From: Trueperaceae bacterium
GTDB lineage: Bacteria; Deinococcota; Deinococci; Deinococcales; Trueperaceae
Reading direction: 5' to 3'
Length of the DNA stretch: 64,000 nt
NCBI GenBank assembly: GCA_034521815.1
Contig: JAXHLW010000013.1
Coordinates: forward strand, 672,001 to 736,000
The notes beneath the pieces are model-generated. The model saw only the letters and a list, made by a program, of their open reading frames with translations. It searched no databases and had not been told where the DNA came from. Numbering within the stretch: position 1 is the first letter of the stretch; every line of letters starts with the position of its first letter. A program made the position numbers and the translations under genes. Shown one piece after another: positions 19,946-29,877 of this stretch.

Positions 19946-20004
19946 CGGATCGGCGCTATCGGGCGAAGGACGGCTTCGGGGGATCGGTCGCTCATCGCAC
20001 GGCC

Positions 20005-21006
20005 TCAGTCGTACCGGATCCGTGGGTCGACCACGGCCAGAAGGAGATCGGAGATCAGGTTGCCCACCATCAGCAGCAACGTCGTGATCACGACGAGCCC
20101 GAGCACCACGTAGATGTCCTGGCGGCTGATCGCCTCGAGCAGCGTCGGCGTGATACCGGGCCAGGACACGACGATCTCGACCAGGCCAGCGCCTCCGATC
20201 AGCACCGGCAGAATGCCGCCGATGCCGGCGACGAACGGGATGATCGCCGGCCGCAGCGCGTGCTTGTACGTCACGCTCCGTTGGCCCAGGCCTTTGGCGC
20301 GTGCGGTCCGGATGAAGTCGCTCGAGAGGTACTCGATCATCTGCGCGCGCAGCACCCGGGTGAACCCGGCGATGCCGGCGGTCGCGACCACGAACGCCGG
20401 CATCAGCGCGTGGAGGAAGATGTCCCACGCCTGCCGGTACCACGGCCAGTCCAGGTAGCCGCTGCTGGTCATCTGCGCGACCGGCAACAGCAGCTGGTTG
20501 AAGCCGAACGCCTCGCGCGTCCAGCCGCGGAGCACGAACAGGCCCAGGATCAGCACCTGCGCGAAGAAGAAGTTCGGGATCGCGAGGCCGAAGTAGCTGA
20601 CGGCGGACACGATCTGGTCCGCCGCGGAGTACTGACGCACCGCCGAGTACACGCCCAGCGGGATCGCCAGCGTGTACAGCATCACCAGCGACATCAGCAC
20701 CAGGATCATCGAGTTGCGGATCGGATCGAGGATCAGGTTCGTGACCGGCTGGTTGCTGCTGAACGACAGGCCCAGGTCGCCCTGGAGCAGGCTGCCCATC
20801 CACCGCACGTACTGCACCGGCCAGGGGAGATCGAGACCGAACTGGGTGCGCAGACGCTCGATCGTCTCGGGACGCACGTTGGGCTCCAGCGCACGTTGCG
20901 CCAGGAAGTCGCCCGGCACCAGCTGCGCGATCAGGAATGCGAGCAGGGTCGCCCCGACGAACGTGGGGATCAGGTTGAACAGGCGCCGGACGATATACGC
21001 GAACAC
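20005..21006 (-). CDS. oppB: Peptide ABC transporter permease (OppB-like)
   Basis: YIVRRL, GLDLP..VQY, GDLGLS, FIRTARAKGL, VDPRIRY; GGAGG RBS before GTG 21006. Confidence 0.93.
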   Translation of the reverse strand: MFAYIVRRLFNLIPTFVGATLLAFLIAQLVPGDFLAQRALEPNVRPETIERLRTQFGLDLPWPVQYVRWMGSLLQGDLGLSFSSNQPVTNLILDPIRNSMILVLMSLVMLYTLAIPLGVYSAVRQYSAADQIVSAVSYFGLAIPNFFFAQVLILGLFVLRGWTREAFGFNQLLLPVAQMTSSGYLDWPWYRQAWDIFLHALMPAFVVATAGIAGFTRVLRAQMIEYLSSDFIRTARAKGLGQRSVTYKHALRPAIIPFVAGIGGILPVLIGGAGLVEIVVSWPGITPTLLEAISRQDIYVVLGLVVITTLLLMVGNLISDLLLAVVDPRIRYD

Positions 21007-21060
21007 GAAAGAGGAGCCTCCTGCGAGGATCCGCGCCCCACGCGGGACGCGGCGCTTGCG

Positions 21061-21098
21061 AAAAAATAGGGGTCGGGGCGCGCTGGGCGCCCCGACCC
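21061..21098 (-). terminator. Intrinsic terminator / stabilising hairpin after oppA
   Basis: GGGTCGGGGCGC...GCGCCCCGACCC stem followed on the minus strand by CTATTTTTT. Confidence 0.85.
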
Positions 21099-21104
21099 GA
21101 AGTG

Positions 21105-22850
21105 CTACTGGACCTTGTAGGTCAGCGGCAGCTCGCGGGAGCCGAGCGCGTCGTTGATCAGGCCTTCGGGGTGCTCGCCGGCCACGTCGTTCAGCCAGCT
21201 GTAGTGCGACAGCGGGCTGACCGTGAAGATCTGCCCCTGGAGCGTCGCCAGCGTGTTCTGGAGCCGGAAGCCGATCTCCTGGGCAGCGTCGGTGTCGAGC
21301 TCCTGGCGACCCTGGAAGTAGAGCTCCTCGGCCAGCGTCTCCTGCGCGCTGAGGCACTCGCCGGAGGTGTTGTACATGTGCAGGTTCGTCCCGCACGGGA
21401 TCACGTTCACGCCGAACGGCCACACCCGGTTGCCGCCCTGCAGACCGATCAGGATCGCGTCGAACGGACGATCGTCGCCGGTCGAGAGGAGCTGGTCGAC
21501 GAGCAGGTTGAAGTCGATCGCCTGCACGTCGATGTCGACGCCCACCTCGCGGGCCGCGTCGGCGAAGATCTGGGTGATCTGCTCGCGCTGGGAGTTGCCG
21601 GCGTTCGTGGCCAGCGTGAACGACAGCTCGTTGCCGTCGGCGTCGACCAGGATGCCCGCCGAGTTCGTCTGCGTGAAGCCGATCTCGGCCAGCAGCTCGG
21701 TGGCGCGCTCGGGATCGAACGGGTACTTCGGAACGTCCGGGTTCACCCAGAAGTCGTACACCTGGTACACGTTCGACCACATCGGCGAGGCGGAGCCGCC
21801 GTACACCAGGTCCACGAGCGCCTCGCGATCCATGAGGTGGCTCATCGCCTGACGGAACGCCGTGTTGCGGAACAGGTTCTGCTTGAACGGATCGCTGGCC
21901 TTGTTCCAGTTGAACACCACGAACTGGCTGGAGGCGACGGGAGCGACGTTGGGAAGCAGCGTCGCGTCGACGTCGCCGTTGTTGATCGCCTGGCTGACGA
22001 CGCCGACCTCGTCGAGGTTCGCCGGCGAGTACGCGTCGATCTCGCCCGCGAGGTAGAGGTTCAGCGCGGCGTCGGTCGACTCGACGGTCTGGACGATGTA
22101 GCGGTCCAGGTAGGGAAGCGCGTTGCCCTGCTCGTCGACGTTCCACTCGCCGAAGTACTCGTTGCGCTCGAACACGACGCGCTGGCCGGGAACGTACTCG
22201 GTCGGCACGAACGCCGTGGCCCAGACGGTCTCGGAGATCTCCGCGTCGGTGCCCCAGGCGCCCTGCAGCGCCTCGGCGCCGCCGTCACGGTAGATCTCGC
22301 CCAGAACGTGATCGGGCGTGGGCACGATGGCCAGCACCGGCAGCGCGGTGCGGTCCTGCGTCGGGAAGGTGAAGCGCAGCGTCATCTCGTCGACCAGCTC
22401 GGCCTCGATCTGGGCGTCGCCGATGAACCAGCTGTCGTAGCCGTTCGAGCCGACGTCGGGATCGGTCTCCGCGAGGTAGGTGAGGTAGAAGTCCTGCGCG
22501 GTGATGTCTTCGCCGTCGGACCACTTCATGCCCTCACGCACGTTGACCGTCACGACCAGCCCGTCGTCGCTGATCTCGAAGCTCTCGGCCATGTACGGAA
22601 TGAACGCGTCCGAGTCGGGACCCTGCTGGATCAGCGTGGTGGCGTCAGCCAGGTCGACGACCTGGTTCTGCTCGGCGCTGATGATCGGGTTGAACGTCCG
22701 CGGGTCCGAGATGGCGTAATCGCGGAACGTACCGCCGTACGCCGCTTCGCCGGGCTCGGCGGCGGTCCAGGCGTTGGGCCACACGAACGGCTGCGCCGCC
22801 GCCATGGACACCACAGCCAGAGCTGCGAGGGAAAGAAGGACTCTCTTCAT
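21105..22850 (-). CDS. oppA: Peptide ABC transporter substrate-binding protein (family 5)
   Basis: Signal peptide MKRVLLSLAALAVVSMAAAQ, DPRTFNP, KWSDGEDITAQD, FRQAMS. Confidence 0.92.
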   Translation of the reverse strand: MKRVLLSLAALAVVSMAAAQPFVWPNAWTAAEPGEAAYGGTFRDYAISDPRTFNPIISAEQNQVVDLADATTLIQQGPDSDAFIPYMAESFEISDDGLVVTVNVREGMKWSDGEDITAQDFYLTYLAETDPDVGSNGYDSWFIGDAQIEAELVDEMTLRFTFPTQDRTALPVLAIVPTPDHVLGEIYRDGGAEALQGAWGTDAEISETVWATAFVPTEYVPGQRVVFERNEYFGEWNVDEQGNALPYLDRYIVQTVESTDAALNLYLAGEIDAYSPANLDEVGVVSQAINNGDVDATLLPNVAPVASSQFVVFNWNKASDPFKQNLFRNTAFRQAMSHLMDREALVDLVYGGSASPMWSNVYQVYDFWVNPDVPKYPFDPERATELLAEIGFTQTNSAGILVDADGNELSFTLATNAGNSQREQITQIFADAAREVGVDIDVQAIDFNLLVDQLLSTGDDRPFDAILIGLQGGNRVWPFGVNVIPCGTNLHMYNTSGECLSAQETLAEELYFQGRQELDTDAAQEIGFRLQNTLATLQGQIFTVSPLSHYSWLNDVAGEHPEGLINDALGSRELPLTYKVQ

Positions 22851-23116
22851 GCTACCTCCAAGATATCGGGGCGTCGCTCGTTCGGTGGTCCGACCCGATG
22901 TCGGCGTTCGTCCGAAACCGATACGGCGTACGCGTTCCGCGACACGTGCAGAGGGTAACCCAGGCAGGCGGCCCGAGACGTGAGGAGTCCCGCGCCGGGG
23001 ACGCCGTCGCCGCCGCACTATCGCGGTGTCGCTCGACTCACCATGGAGCGAGGCCCGGACCGTCACCGGGCCAGGCCTCTCGCGTTCGTTCGGCGGGTTC
23101 GCTGTCCAGCGGAACG

Positions 23117-23350
23117 CTAGCGGGGAACGACCTGCAGCAGCAGCGCCAGTGCGCCCCAGGAGACGCCCAGGTAGATCGTCACGCGCTGAAGCCCGCCGGC
23201 GGTGCCGCCGCCGGTGCCGAAGTCCTGGCCCCCGCCGCCACCGCCCGTCAAGCCGTCGCCCAGACCGGCCTGCTTGGGCTCTTGAATCAGGACGACCGTG
23301 GTGAGCAACACGGACGCGAGGACGAATAGGACGAGAACGATCCAGAACAA
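23117..23350 (-). CDS. secG: Preprotein translocase subunit SecG
   Basis: TTG start with GGAGG RBS; TM-VLIQEPKQAGL-Gly-rich loop-LQRVT-TM. Confidence 0.88.
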   Translation of the reverse strand: MFWIVLVLFVLASVLLTTVVLIQEPKQAGLGDGLTGGGGGGQDFGTGGGTAGGLQRVTIYLGVSWGALALLLQVVPR

Positions 23351-23391
23351 GGGGACCTCCAACGCGGACGAGGGTCCGGGGGAAACGATGC

Positions 23392-23475
23392 TGGTGCCGG
23401 GAGCGGGATTCGAACCCGCACGGGTCTCCCCGGTAGATTTTGAGTCTACTGCGTCTACCGTTCCGCCATCCCGGC
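23392..23475 (-). tRNA. tRNA-Leu (anticodon CAA)
   Basis: GCCGGGATGGCGGAACGGTAGACGCAGTAGACTCAAAATCTACCGGGGAGACCCGTGCGGGTTCGAATCCCGCTCCCGGCACCA: cloverleaf, long variable arm, encoded CCA. Confidence 0.97.
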
Positions 23476-23613
23476 ACGGAGTCAACGTTCGATGCTAGCA
23501 ACGAGGGGCCCTGCGGTCAACCGACGCGGGAGCCGAAGCCCCGATACGGACGCGCTCCGAACACCGTCTTTTGGGCGTCCGCCCGGCCGGAGCGCGCTGG
23601 TAGCATGGCGCGC

Positions 23614-24327
23614 ATGGCCATCGCCGTCGTCCTCTTCCCGGGCTCCAACTGCGACCAGGACACCGTTTGGGCGTTGGGGCGCATCCTCGGAGCCGAGGTG
23701 GTCGAGGTTCCGCACACCAGCGCGGACGTGATGGGCGCCGACGCGGTGGTGCTGCCGGGCGGCTTCAGCTACGGCGACTACCTTCGCAGCGGCGCGTTGG
23801 CGGCCCGCAGCCCGGTGATGGGAGCGGTCCGCGCGTTCGCCCAGCGTGGCGGTCCGGTCCTCGGCGTCTGCAACGGCTTCCAGGTCTTGACCGAGGCCGG
23901 GCTGCTCCCCGGCGCCCTGGCGCGGAACGACGGCCTGCACTTCGTGTGCAAGGACGTGCACGTGCGCGTCGAGCGGGCAGCCCCGCCGTTCACCGGGCGC
24001 GCCGCACGGGGCGACGTGCTGCGTCTTCCCGTCGCGCATCACGACGGGCGTTTCGTCGCCGGCCCCGAGCTGCTGGCGCGTCTCGAGGGAGAGGGCCGGA
24101 TCGCGTTCCGCTACGTCGCTTCGGACGGGCGCAGGGATCCCGCGGCGAATCCGAACGGCAGCGACGGCGACGTGGCGGGCATCGTCGACGCGCGCGGCAC
24201 GGTGCTGGGCATGATGCCGCACCCCGAGCGGGCCGCCGATCCTCTCCTGGGCGGCGAGGACGGACTCGTCGTGCTGGGATCCCTGCTGGACGCTCTGGCC
24301 GGCGCGGCCGCCGAGGCGACGGCGTGA
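23614..24327 (+). CDS. purQ: FGAM synthase glutaminase subunit PurQ
   Basis: FPGSNCD, PGGFSYGDYLR, GVCNGFQ, MMPHPER; ATG 7 nt after TAGCAT. Confidence 0.96.
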   Translation: MAIAVVLFPGSNCDQDTVWALGRILGAEVVEVPHTSADVMGADAVVLPGGFSYGDYLRSGALAARSPVMGAVRAFAQRGGPVLGVCNGFQVLTEAGLLPGALARNDGLHFVCKDVHVRVERAAPPFTGRAARGDVLRLPVAHHDGRFVAGPELLARLEGEGRIAFRYVASDGRRDPAANPNGSDGDVAGIVDARGTVLGMMPHPERAADPLLGGEDGLVVLGSLLDALAGAAAEATA

Positions 24328-26564
24328 CGGTCGCGGACGCCGGCGCGGACCTGCGCCACCGCGCCGCCGAGTTCGGCCTGAGCGGCGACGAGTACGCGCG
24401 CCTGGTGGCCGGCCTGGGGCGGCAGCCCAGTCCGCTGGAGGCCGCCATCACCGGCGCCCTCTGGAGCGAGCACTGCGGGTACAAGAACTCGCGTCCGCTC
24501 CTGCGTCGGCTTCCGACCGAGGGGCCGCAGGTGCTTCAGGGCCCCGGCGAGAACGCGGGGGTCGTCGCGATCGGCCACGGCCTCGGCCTGGCGTTCAAGA
24601 TGGAGAGCCACAACCACCCCAGCGCGGTCGAGCCGGTCCAGGGAGCCGCCACCGGCGTGGGCGGCATCCTGCGCGACATCTTCGCGATGGGCGCCCGTCC
24701 GGTCGCGGTGCTGGACGCGCTGCGCTTCGGGCCGCTGGACCACCCCCGCACGCGCTACCTGCTGCACGGCGTCGTCGAGGGGATCGCGTCGTACGGCAAC
24801 GCGGTCGGCGTGCCCACCGTCGGCGGCGACCTGGCGTTCCACGACAGCTACCTCGAGAACCCGCTCGTGAACGTGATGGCGCTGGGCGTGCTCCCCGTCG
24901 AGCGTCTCCAGAGCGGCACGGTCGGCCAGCCCGGGAACCGCCTTCTTTACGTGGGCTCCCGGACCGGCCGTGACGGCCTTGGCGGCGCGGTGTTCGCCTC
25001 GGCCGACCTGTCCGGCGCCTCGGCCGCCGATCGGCCCGCGGTCCAGGTCGGCGATCCGTTCCTCGAGAAGCAGCTGCTCGAGGCGACCCTGGCCGTGATC
25101 GAGGCCGAGCTGGTCGAAGGGGTCCAGGACATGGGCGCCGCCGGGCTGACCAGCAGCGTGGCCGAGATGGCGCACCGGGCGGGCCGCGGCGTCGACCTGC
25201 ACGTCGATCGCGTGCCCAGACGCGAGCGCGGCATGACCCCGCTCGAGGTGATGCTGTCCGAGTCGCAGGAGCGCATGGTGCTGACGGTTCGGCCCGACCG
25301 GATGGAGGCGGTGCTGGCCGTGCTCGAGCGCTTCGAGCTGGACGCCGCCTGGATCGGCGAGGTGGTCGAGGGCGACCGCTTCCGGGTCCTGGACGACGGC
25401 CGGGTCGTCGCCGACCTGCCGGTCGCCCTGATCAACGAGGCACCCGCCTACGTCCGCGACCATCACGAGGACCCCGCCGTCACGGCCGCTCGCGAGACCG
25501 ATCCGGACCCGGAGATGCCGCGCGACCTCGGGGCGGTGCTGGACACGATGGTCGCCGCGCCGGGCCTGGCCTCGACCCGGCCGATCTGGCAGCGCTACGA
25601 CCATCAGGTCCGGACGGACACGGTCGTCGCGCCCGGCGCCGCCGACGCCGCGGTCATCCGCGTCAAGGGAACGCCGCTCGGGATCGCCGCGACCGTGGAC
25701 GCGAACCCGCGCCAGGTCCGCCTCGATCCGTACCAGGGCGCGGTGCTGGCGGTCGCGGAGGCCGCGCGCAACCTGTCCGCCGTGGGCGCGACGCCGCTGG
25801 GCGTGACGGACAACCTCAACTTCGGCAACCCCGAGCGGCCGCACGTGTACCACCAGATGGTTCGCGCCGTGGAGGGACTGCGCGACGCCTGCCTGGCGCT
25901 CGGCACGCCGGTCACGGGAGGCAACGTGAGTCTGTACAACCAGTGGCGCGACGGCGACGACGACCGGGCGATCGCGCCGACGCCGACCGTCGGCATGGTC
26001 GGCGTCCTGAGCGACGTGCGGCGCCACGCCACCACCGGGCTCAAGCGCGCCGGCGACCGGCTGTGGCTGATCGGCGAGACGCTGGACGAGCTGGGGGCCA
26101 GCGCGTACCTCTGGCACGTGCACCGGCTCGAGGTCGGGCGCCCACCGGCGTGCGACCTGGCGCGCGAGGCGGCCGTGCAGGCGGTCGTGCGCGAGCTGGT
26201 CGCGGACGGGCTGGTCGACACGGCGCACGACTGCGGCGAAGGCGGGCTGGCCGTCGCCCTGGCCGAGATGACGTTCGAAGGCGGTATCGGGCTGGCGGCC
26301 GACGTCGGCGCCGGCGCCGCGCCCGGGGTCCGTCCCGACGCGCTGCTGTTCGGCGAGAGCGCGTCGCGCATCGTGATCGCCGGGCCGGCCTCCAGGACGG
26401 CCGAGATCGAGCGGCGACTCGCCGCGTCGGACGTGCCCTGGTCGGTGCTCGGCCGCAGCGGCGGGGGCGACCTGGTGCTGCGCTGGCCGGACGGCCGGCT
26501 GCGCAGGAGCGTGGACGACCTCCGCGCCCGTCACGAAGCGCCGCTGACCGAGGCGCTGGCGTGA
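24324..26564 (+). CDS. purL: FGAM synthase subunit PurL (small form)
   Basis: WSEHCGYK, ESHNHPS, QDMGAAG, SESQERM, DNLNFGNP. Confidence 0.97.
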   Translation: MTVADAGADLRHRAAEFGLSGDEYARLVAGLGRQPSPLEAAITGALWSEHCGYKNSRPLLRRLPTEGPQVLQGPGENAGVVAIGHGLGLAFKMESHNHPSAVEPVQGAATGVGGILRDIFAMGARPVAVLDALRFGPLDHPRTRYLLHGVVEGIASYGNAVGVPTVGGDLAFHDSYLENPLVNVMALGVLPVERLQSGTVGQPGNRLLYVGSRTGRDGLGGAVFASADLSGASAADRPAVQVGDPFLEKQLLEATLAVIEAELVEGVQDMGAAGLTSSVAEMAHRAGRGVDLHVDRVPRRERGMTPLEVMLSESQERMVLTVRPDRMEAVLAVLERFELDAAWIGEVVEGDRFRVLDDGRVVADLPVALINEAPAYVRDHHEDPAVTAARETDPDPEMPRDLGAVLDTMVAAPGLASTRPIWQRYDHQVRTDTVVAPGAADAAVIRVKGTPLGIAATVDANPRQVRLDPYQGAVLAVAEAARNLSAVGATPLGVTDNLNFGNPERPHVYHQMVRAVEGLRDACLALGTPVTGGNVSLYNQWRDGDDDRAIAPTPTVGMVGVLSDVRRHATTGLKRAGDRLWLIGETLDELGASAYLWHVHRLEVGRPPACDLAREAAVQAVVRELVADGLVDTAHDCGEGGLAVALAEMTFEGGIGLAADVGAGAAPGVRPDALLFGESASRIVIAGPASRTAEIERRLAASDVPWSVLGRSGGGDLVLRWPDGRLRRSVDDLRARHEAPLTEALA

Positions 26565-27991
26565 GCGGGTTCGTGAACGACCGTCCCGTCGAGGAGTGCG
26601 GCGTCGTCGCGATCCGCGTTCCCGACGCGGTCGAGGCCGACGTCGCCGGGATGTGTCAAATCGGGCTGTTCGCCCTGCAGCACCGCGGCCAGGAGTCGTG
26701 CGGCATCTCGGTCGCGGGCGGCGAGGAGTTCCGGATCGAGAAGGACATGGGCCTCGTCGCCGAGGTGTTCGACGAGCCCCGCTTGGACAAGCTGCGATTC
26801 GAAGAGGCCCGCGTCGGCGTCGGGCACACCCGCTACTCGACGACCGGGTCCAGCCTGCGCTTCAACGCGCAGCCGCTCACCGTGCGCAGCAACAAGGGCC
26901 TGATCGCGCTGGCGCACAACGGCAACTTCACGAACGCCCGCGCCATGCGCGACCGGATGCTGGGCGAGGGCGCGGTGTTCCAGACCACGAACGACAGCGA
27001 GGTGATGATCAACCTCGTCGCGCGCTACGCGCACCTCGACCTCGCGAACGCCACCGCCCGCGTCATGGGCGAGCTCGAGGGCGGGTTCGCGGTGGTGCTG
27101 ATGGACAAGGAACGGATCGTGGGCCTGCGCGACGGCCACGGCGTGCGGCCGCTGGTGATCGGCGAGAGCGACGACGGCACCGTGGTGTTCGCCAGCGAGC
27201 CCGCCGCCCTGGCCGTCGTGGGGGCACGGTTCGTTCGCGACGTGCGGCCGGGCGAGCTGGTCGTCGCCGACGGCCGGGGATTCCGGTCGATGCAGGTCCT
27301 GGCGCCCACGCCCACGCCGTGCGCGTTCGAATGGATCTACTTCGCGCGCGGCGACGGCGTGCTGGACGGTGCGCCTGTGCACGACGCCCGCGTTCGGATG
27401 GGGGAGCGGCTGTGGACCGAGGCGCCGGCCGACGCGGACGTCGTCGTCGGCGTGCCCGAGTCGGGGCTGGCCGCGGCCCTGGGCTACGCCCGCGCCAGCG
27501 GCATCCCGTACGACCTGGGGCTGTACAAGAGCCCGTACGCAGGGCGGACGTTCATCAACCCGAACCAGCGCCTGCGCGAGCGCAAGGTTCGGCTCAAGCT
27601 CGCCGCGACCGGCGCGGTCCACGGCAAGCGGGTCGTCCTGGTCGACGACTCGATCGTGCGCGGCACCACCTCGGGACGGATCGTCGGGCTGCTCAGGGAA
27701 GCCGGAGCGCTCGAGGTGCACTTCCGCGTCTCGAGCCCGCCGATTCGCTACCCGTGCTACTACGGGATCGACACCGCCGCGCGCAAGGAGCTGGCCGCGG
27801 CCACGCTGACGGTCGAGCAGATCCGCGAACGAATCGGCGCGGACAGCCTGGCGTTCATCAGCGACGACGGTCTGCAGCGGGCGATCGGTCTGGCGCGCAC
27901 CTGCACCGCCTGCTTCGACGGCCACTACCCGGCGGGGCACCCCGGCGACGACGCCGAGAAGGACGCGCTGGACGTTCTCACCGCAGGCTGA
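26561..27991 (+). CDS. purF: Amidophosphoribosyltransferase
   Basis: EECGV, LQHRGQE, GHTRYST, AHNGN, VDDSIVRGTT. Confidence 0.97.
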   Translation: MSGFVNDRPVEECGVVAIRVPDAVEADVAGMCQIGLFALQHRGQESCGISVAGGEEFRIEKDMGLVAEVFDEPRLDKLRFEEARVGVGHTRYSTTGSSLRFNAQPLTVRSNKGLIALAHNGNFTNARAMRDRMLGEGAVFQTTNDSEVMINLVARYAHLDLANATARVMGELEGGFAVVLMDKERIVGLRDGHGVRPLVIGESDDGTVVFASEPAALAVVGARFVRDVRPGELVVADGRGFRSMQVLAPTPTPCAFEWIYFARGDGVLDGAPVHDARVRMGERLWTEAPADADVVVGVPESGLAAALGYARASGIPYDLGLYKSPYAGRTFINPNQRLRERKVRLKLAATGAVHGKRVVLVDDSIVRGTTSGRIVGLLREAGALEVHFRVSSPPIRYPCYYGIDTAARKELAAATLTVEQIRERIGADSLAFISDDGLQRAIGLARTCTACFDGHYPAGHPGDDAEKDALDVLTAG

Positions 27992-28050
27992 CGCGCGCCT
28001 ACCGCTCGCGCTTGCCGCACGCGCTCATCGCACGCGCTCACTGCACGCGC

Positions 28051-29877
28051 TCACTGCACCAGCGCCGCCGCCAGGGCGTACGTCTCGCCCCGCGTCAGCA
28101 CGCCCTCCCGCGCCACACCGGGAGGCCACAAGCCCACGCGCGCCAGATCGTCCGGAGCGTCTCCGTCGGGGCAGGGAAGCCCCAGGCGGCAGGCGGCGGC
28201 GCGCTGGACCGGGGCGACGCGCTCCACGAGGGCGGGACCGCTCACGCCCCCGTACGCCGCGACGAGGTCGACCGCGAGCTCGGGGCGCAGCGCGAACCTG
28301 CGGATCACGTTCGACGTCAGGTAGACGTGGCTCAACGCGCCCACCGGCTGGTCCAGGCTGGGATCGTTCTGATAGCCGCCGAGGGCGAGGCCGCGACTCA
28401 GCATCAGGCGATACGCGCCGAAGTGCGGATGCCCGGTCGGACCGACCGGAGCACGGTTCCTGGCTGGAGGAAGGTAGGCGCCGCGCTCTCGCAGCTCGTC
28501 GCGCACGCCGGCCAGGAAGGCCTCGTCGACCGACGCGAGCCGAGGGTCGCCGCCCCGCAGGGCGAGGCGTGCCGCAGCCACCCCGACACCCTCCGCGACC
28601 GCCATGCCCAACGGCACCACCCGGGTGCTGGCGTGCGCCAACGGGTCGTATCCCACGCTTCGTCCCACCGTCCACAGCCCCACGGGGCCGTGCTCCGGGA
28701 CGGCGACGCAGAGGGGCACGCCGTAGAGCTCGGGCGTGCCGAACACGAAGCCGGTGTCGTCGGGCGTGAGGCTCTGCACGTCCAGCGGGTAGCCCCCGAC
28801 CGCGACGTCCAGCGGCCCGGTGACGTTGTCGAGAAGGTGGTCGGCGTCCAGCACGCAACGAGCTTGCAGGTGCCGGGTCTCGCGGACGTAGAGGCGAGCC
28901 GCGACCGCGCCCAGCCGGGCGTCCGCGAAGCCGGGAAGCCGATCGGCCAGCCACGCCACCATGCGCTCCGCCTCGTCGGCCGCACGGGCGCGGGCGGCTT
29001 CCCGCGCGTCCGCATCGAACGGATCGACGCCGTGGATCAGCAGCGCGTTCACCCAGACGCCGCTCCCCGCGTCGCGTCCCAGATTGAGGCCGCGAAGCCG
29101 GATCGTCGGATCGCGCGACGGATAGTCGGCCGGGACGCCGCCGAACGGCCCCCAGGCGACACCGTCGTCGACGCGGGCCCAGCCCGATCCGCGTGCGCGG
29201 GCCGCGGCCCGCAGCGTGGACCAGTCGACGCCGTCGATGCGGAACACCAGCGTGTCGGCCATGCGGGCGTCGATCCCGAACGACGCCCACCCGAACGAAG
29301 CGCGGGCGCCCGCCGCGACGGCGTATCGAAGGTCGGCGTCACCGTCGACGACCTGACGCGCGGTCAGCGATCCGCCGTCCCACGACACGCCGACCACGAT
29401 CGCGGCGGTGGCCGTCGTGTCGGTCGCCGTCGTGTCGGTCGCCGCGGCCTCGGTCGTCACGATTCGCAGATCGCCCGCGTTCAGGACCACGCTCACGCCG
29501 GCCTCCGCCAGCATCTCGCCGAACACCCGCTCGGCCTCGGCAGGATCGAACGCGCCACGCCCGCCGACGCGCTGCCACCAGCGCTCGAAGATGCCGCGCT
29601 GGTACGGCTCGGGCGAGGTTCGCATGTCCAACACGTTCAGCGCGCCCAGCACGAAAAGGCCGCCCAGGCGAGCGTCCTGGCTCAGCAGGGCGGTACGCGC
29701 GCCGCTCTCGGCCGCCGCGATCGCAGCGCTGATCGCCTCGGGCTCCGAGCCGAGCACCACCACGTCGAAGCTTCGGCGTCCCTCCGTCGCGAGGGGCTGA
29801 ACGGCCTGCGCAGCGGCGACGCACGCCAGCGACGCCAGCGCCACGAGCGCCACCGCGACCCGGGACCGAACGCTCAC
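28051..29877 (-). CDS. Exported FAD-dependent oxidoreductase family protein
   Basis: N-terminal signal peptide, DVVVLGSEPEAISAAIAAAESG, YVRETRH, GGYPLD, YGVP, STRVVP..MA.AEGVG; GTGA overlap with upstream GT. Confidence 0.8.
   Translation of the reverse strand: MSVRSRVAVALVALASLACVAAAQAVQPLATEGRRSFDVVVLGSEPEAISAAIAAAESGARTALLSQDARLGGLFVLGALNVLDMRTSPEPYQRGIFERWWQRVGGRGAFDPAEAERVFGEMLAEAGVSVVLNAGDLRIVTTEAAATDTTATDTTATAAIVVGVSWDGGSLTARQVVDGDADLRYAVAAGARASFGWASFGIDARMADTLVFRIDGVDWSTLRAAARARGSGWARVDDGVAWGPFGGVPADYPSRDPTIRLRGLNLGRDAGSGVWVNALLIHGVDPFDADAREAARARAADEAERMVAWLADRLPGFADARLGAVAARLYVRETRHLQARCVLDADHLLDNVTGPLDVAVGGYPLDVQSLTPDDTGFVFGTPELYGVPLCVAVPEHGPVGLWTVGRSVGYDPLAHASTRVVPLGMAVAEGVGVAAARLALRGGDPRLASVDEAFLAGVRDELRERGAYLPPARNRAPVGPTGHPHFGAYRLMLSRGLALGGYQNDPSLDQPVGALSHVYLTSNVIRRFALRPELAVDLVAAYGGVSGPALVERVAPVQRAAACRLGLPCPDGDAPDDLARVGLWPPGVAREGVLTRGETYALAAALVQ

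Noticed and set aside
23392-23475. tRNA-Leu as an integration site for an island
   Set aside because: Flanked by secG and purQ; no integrase or duplicated tRNA 3' end seen.
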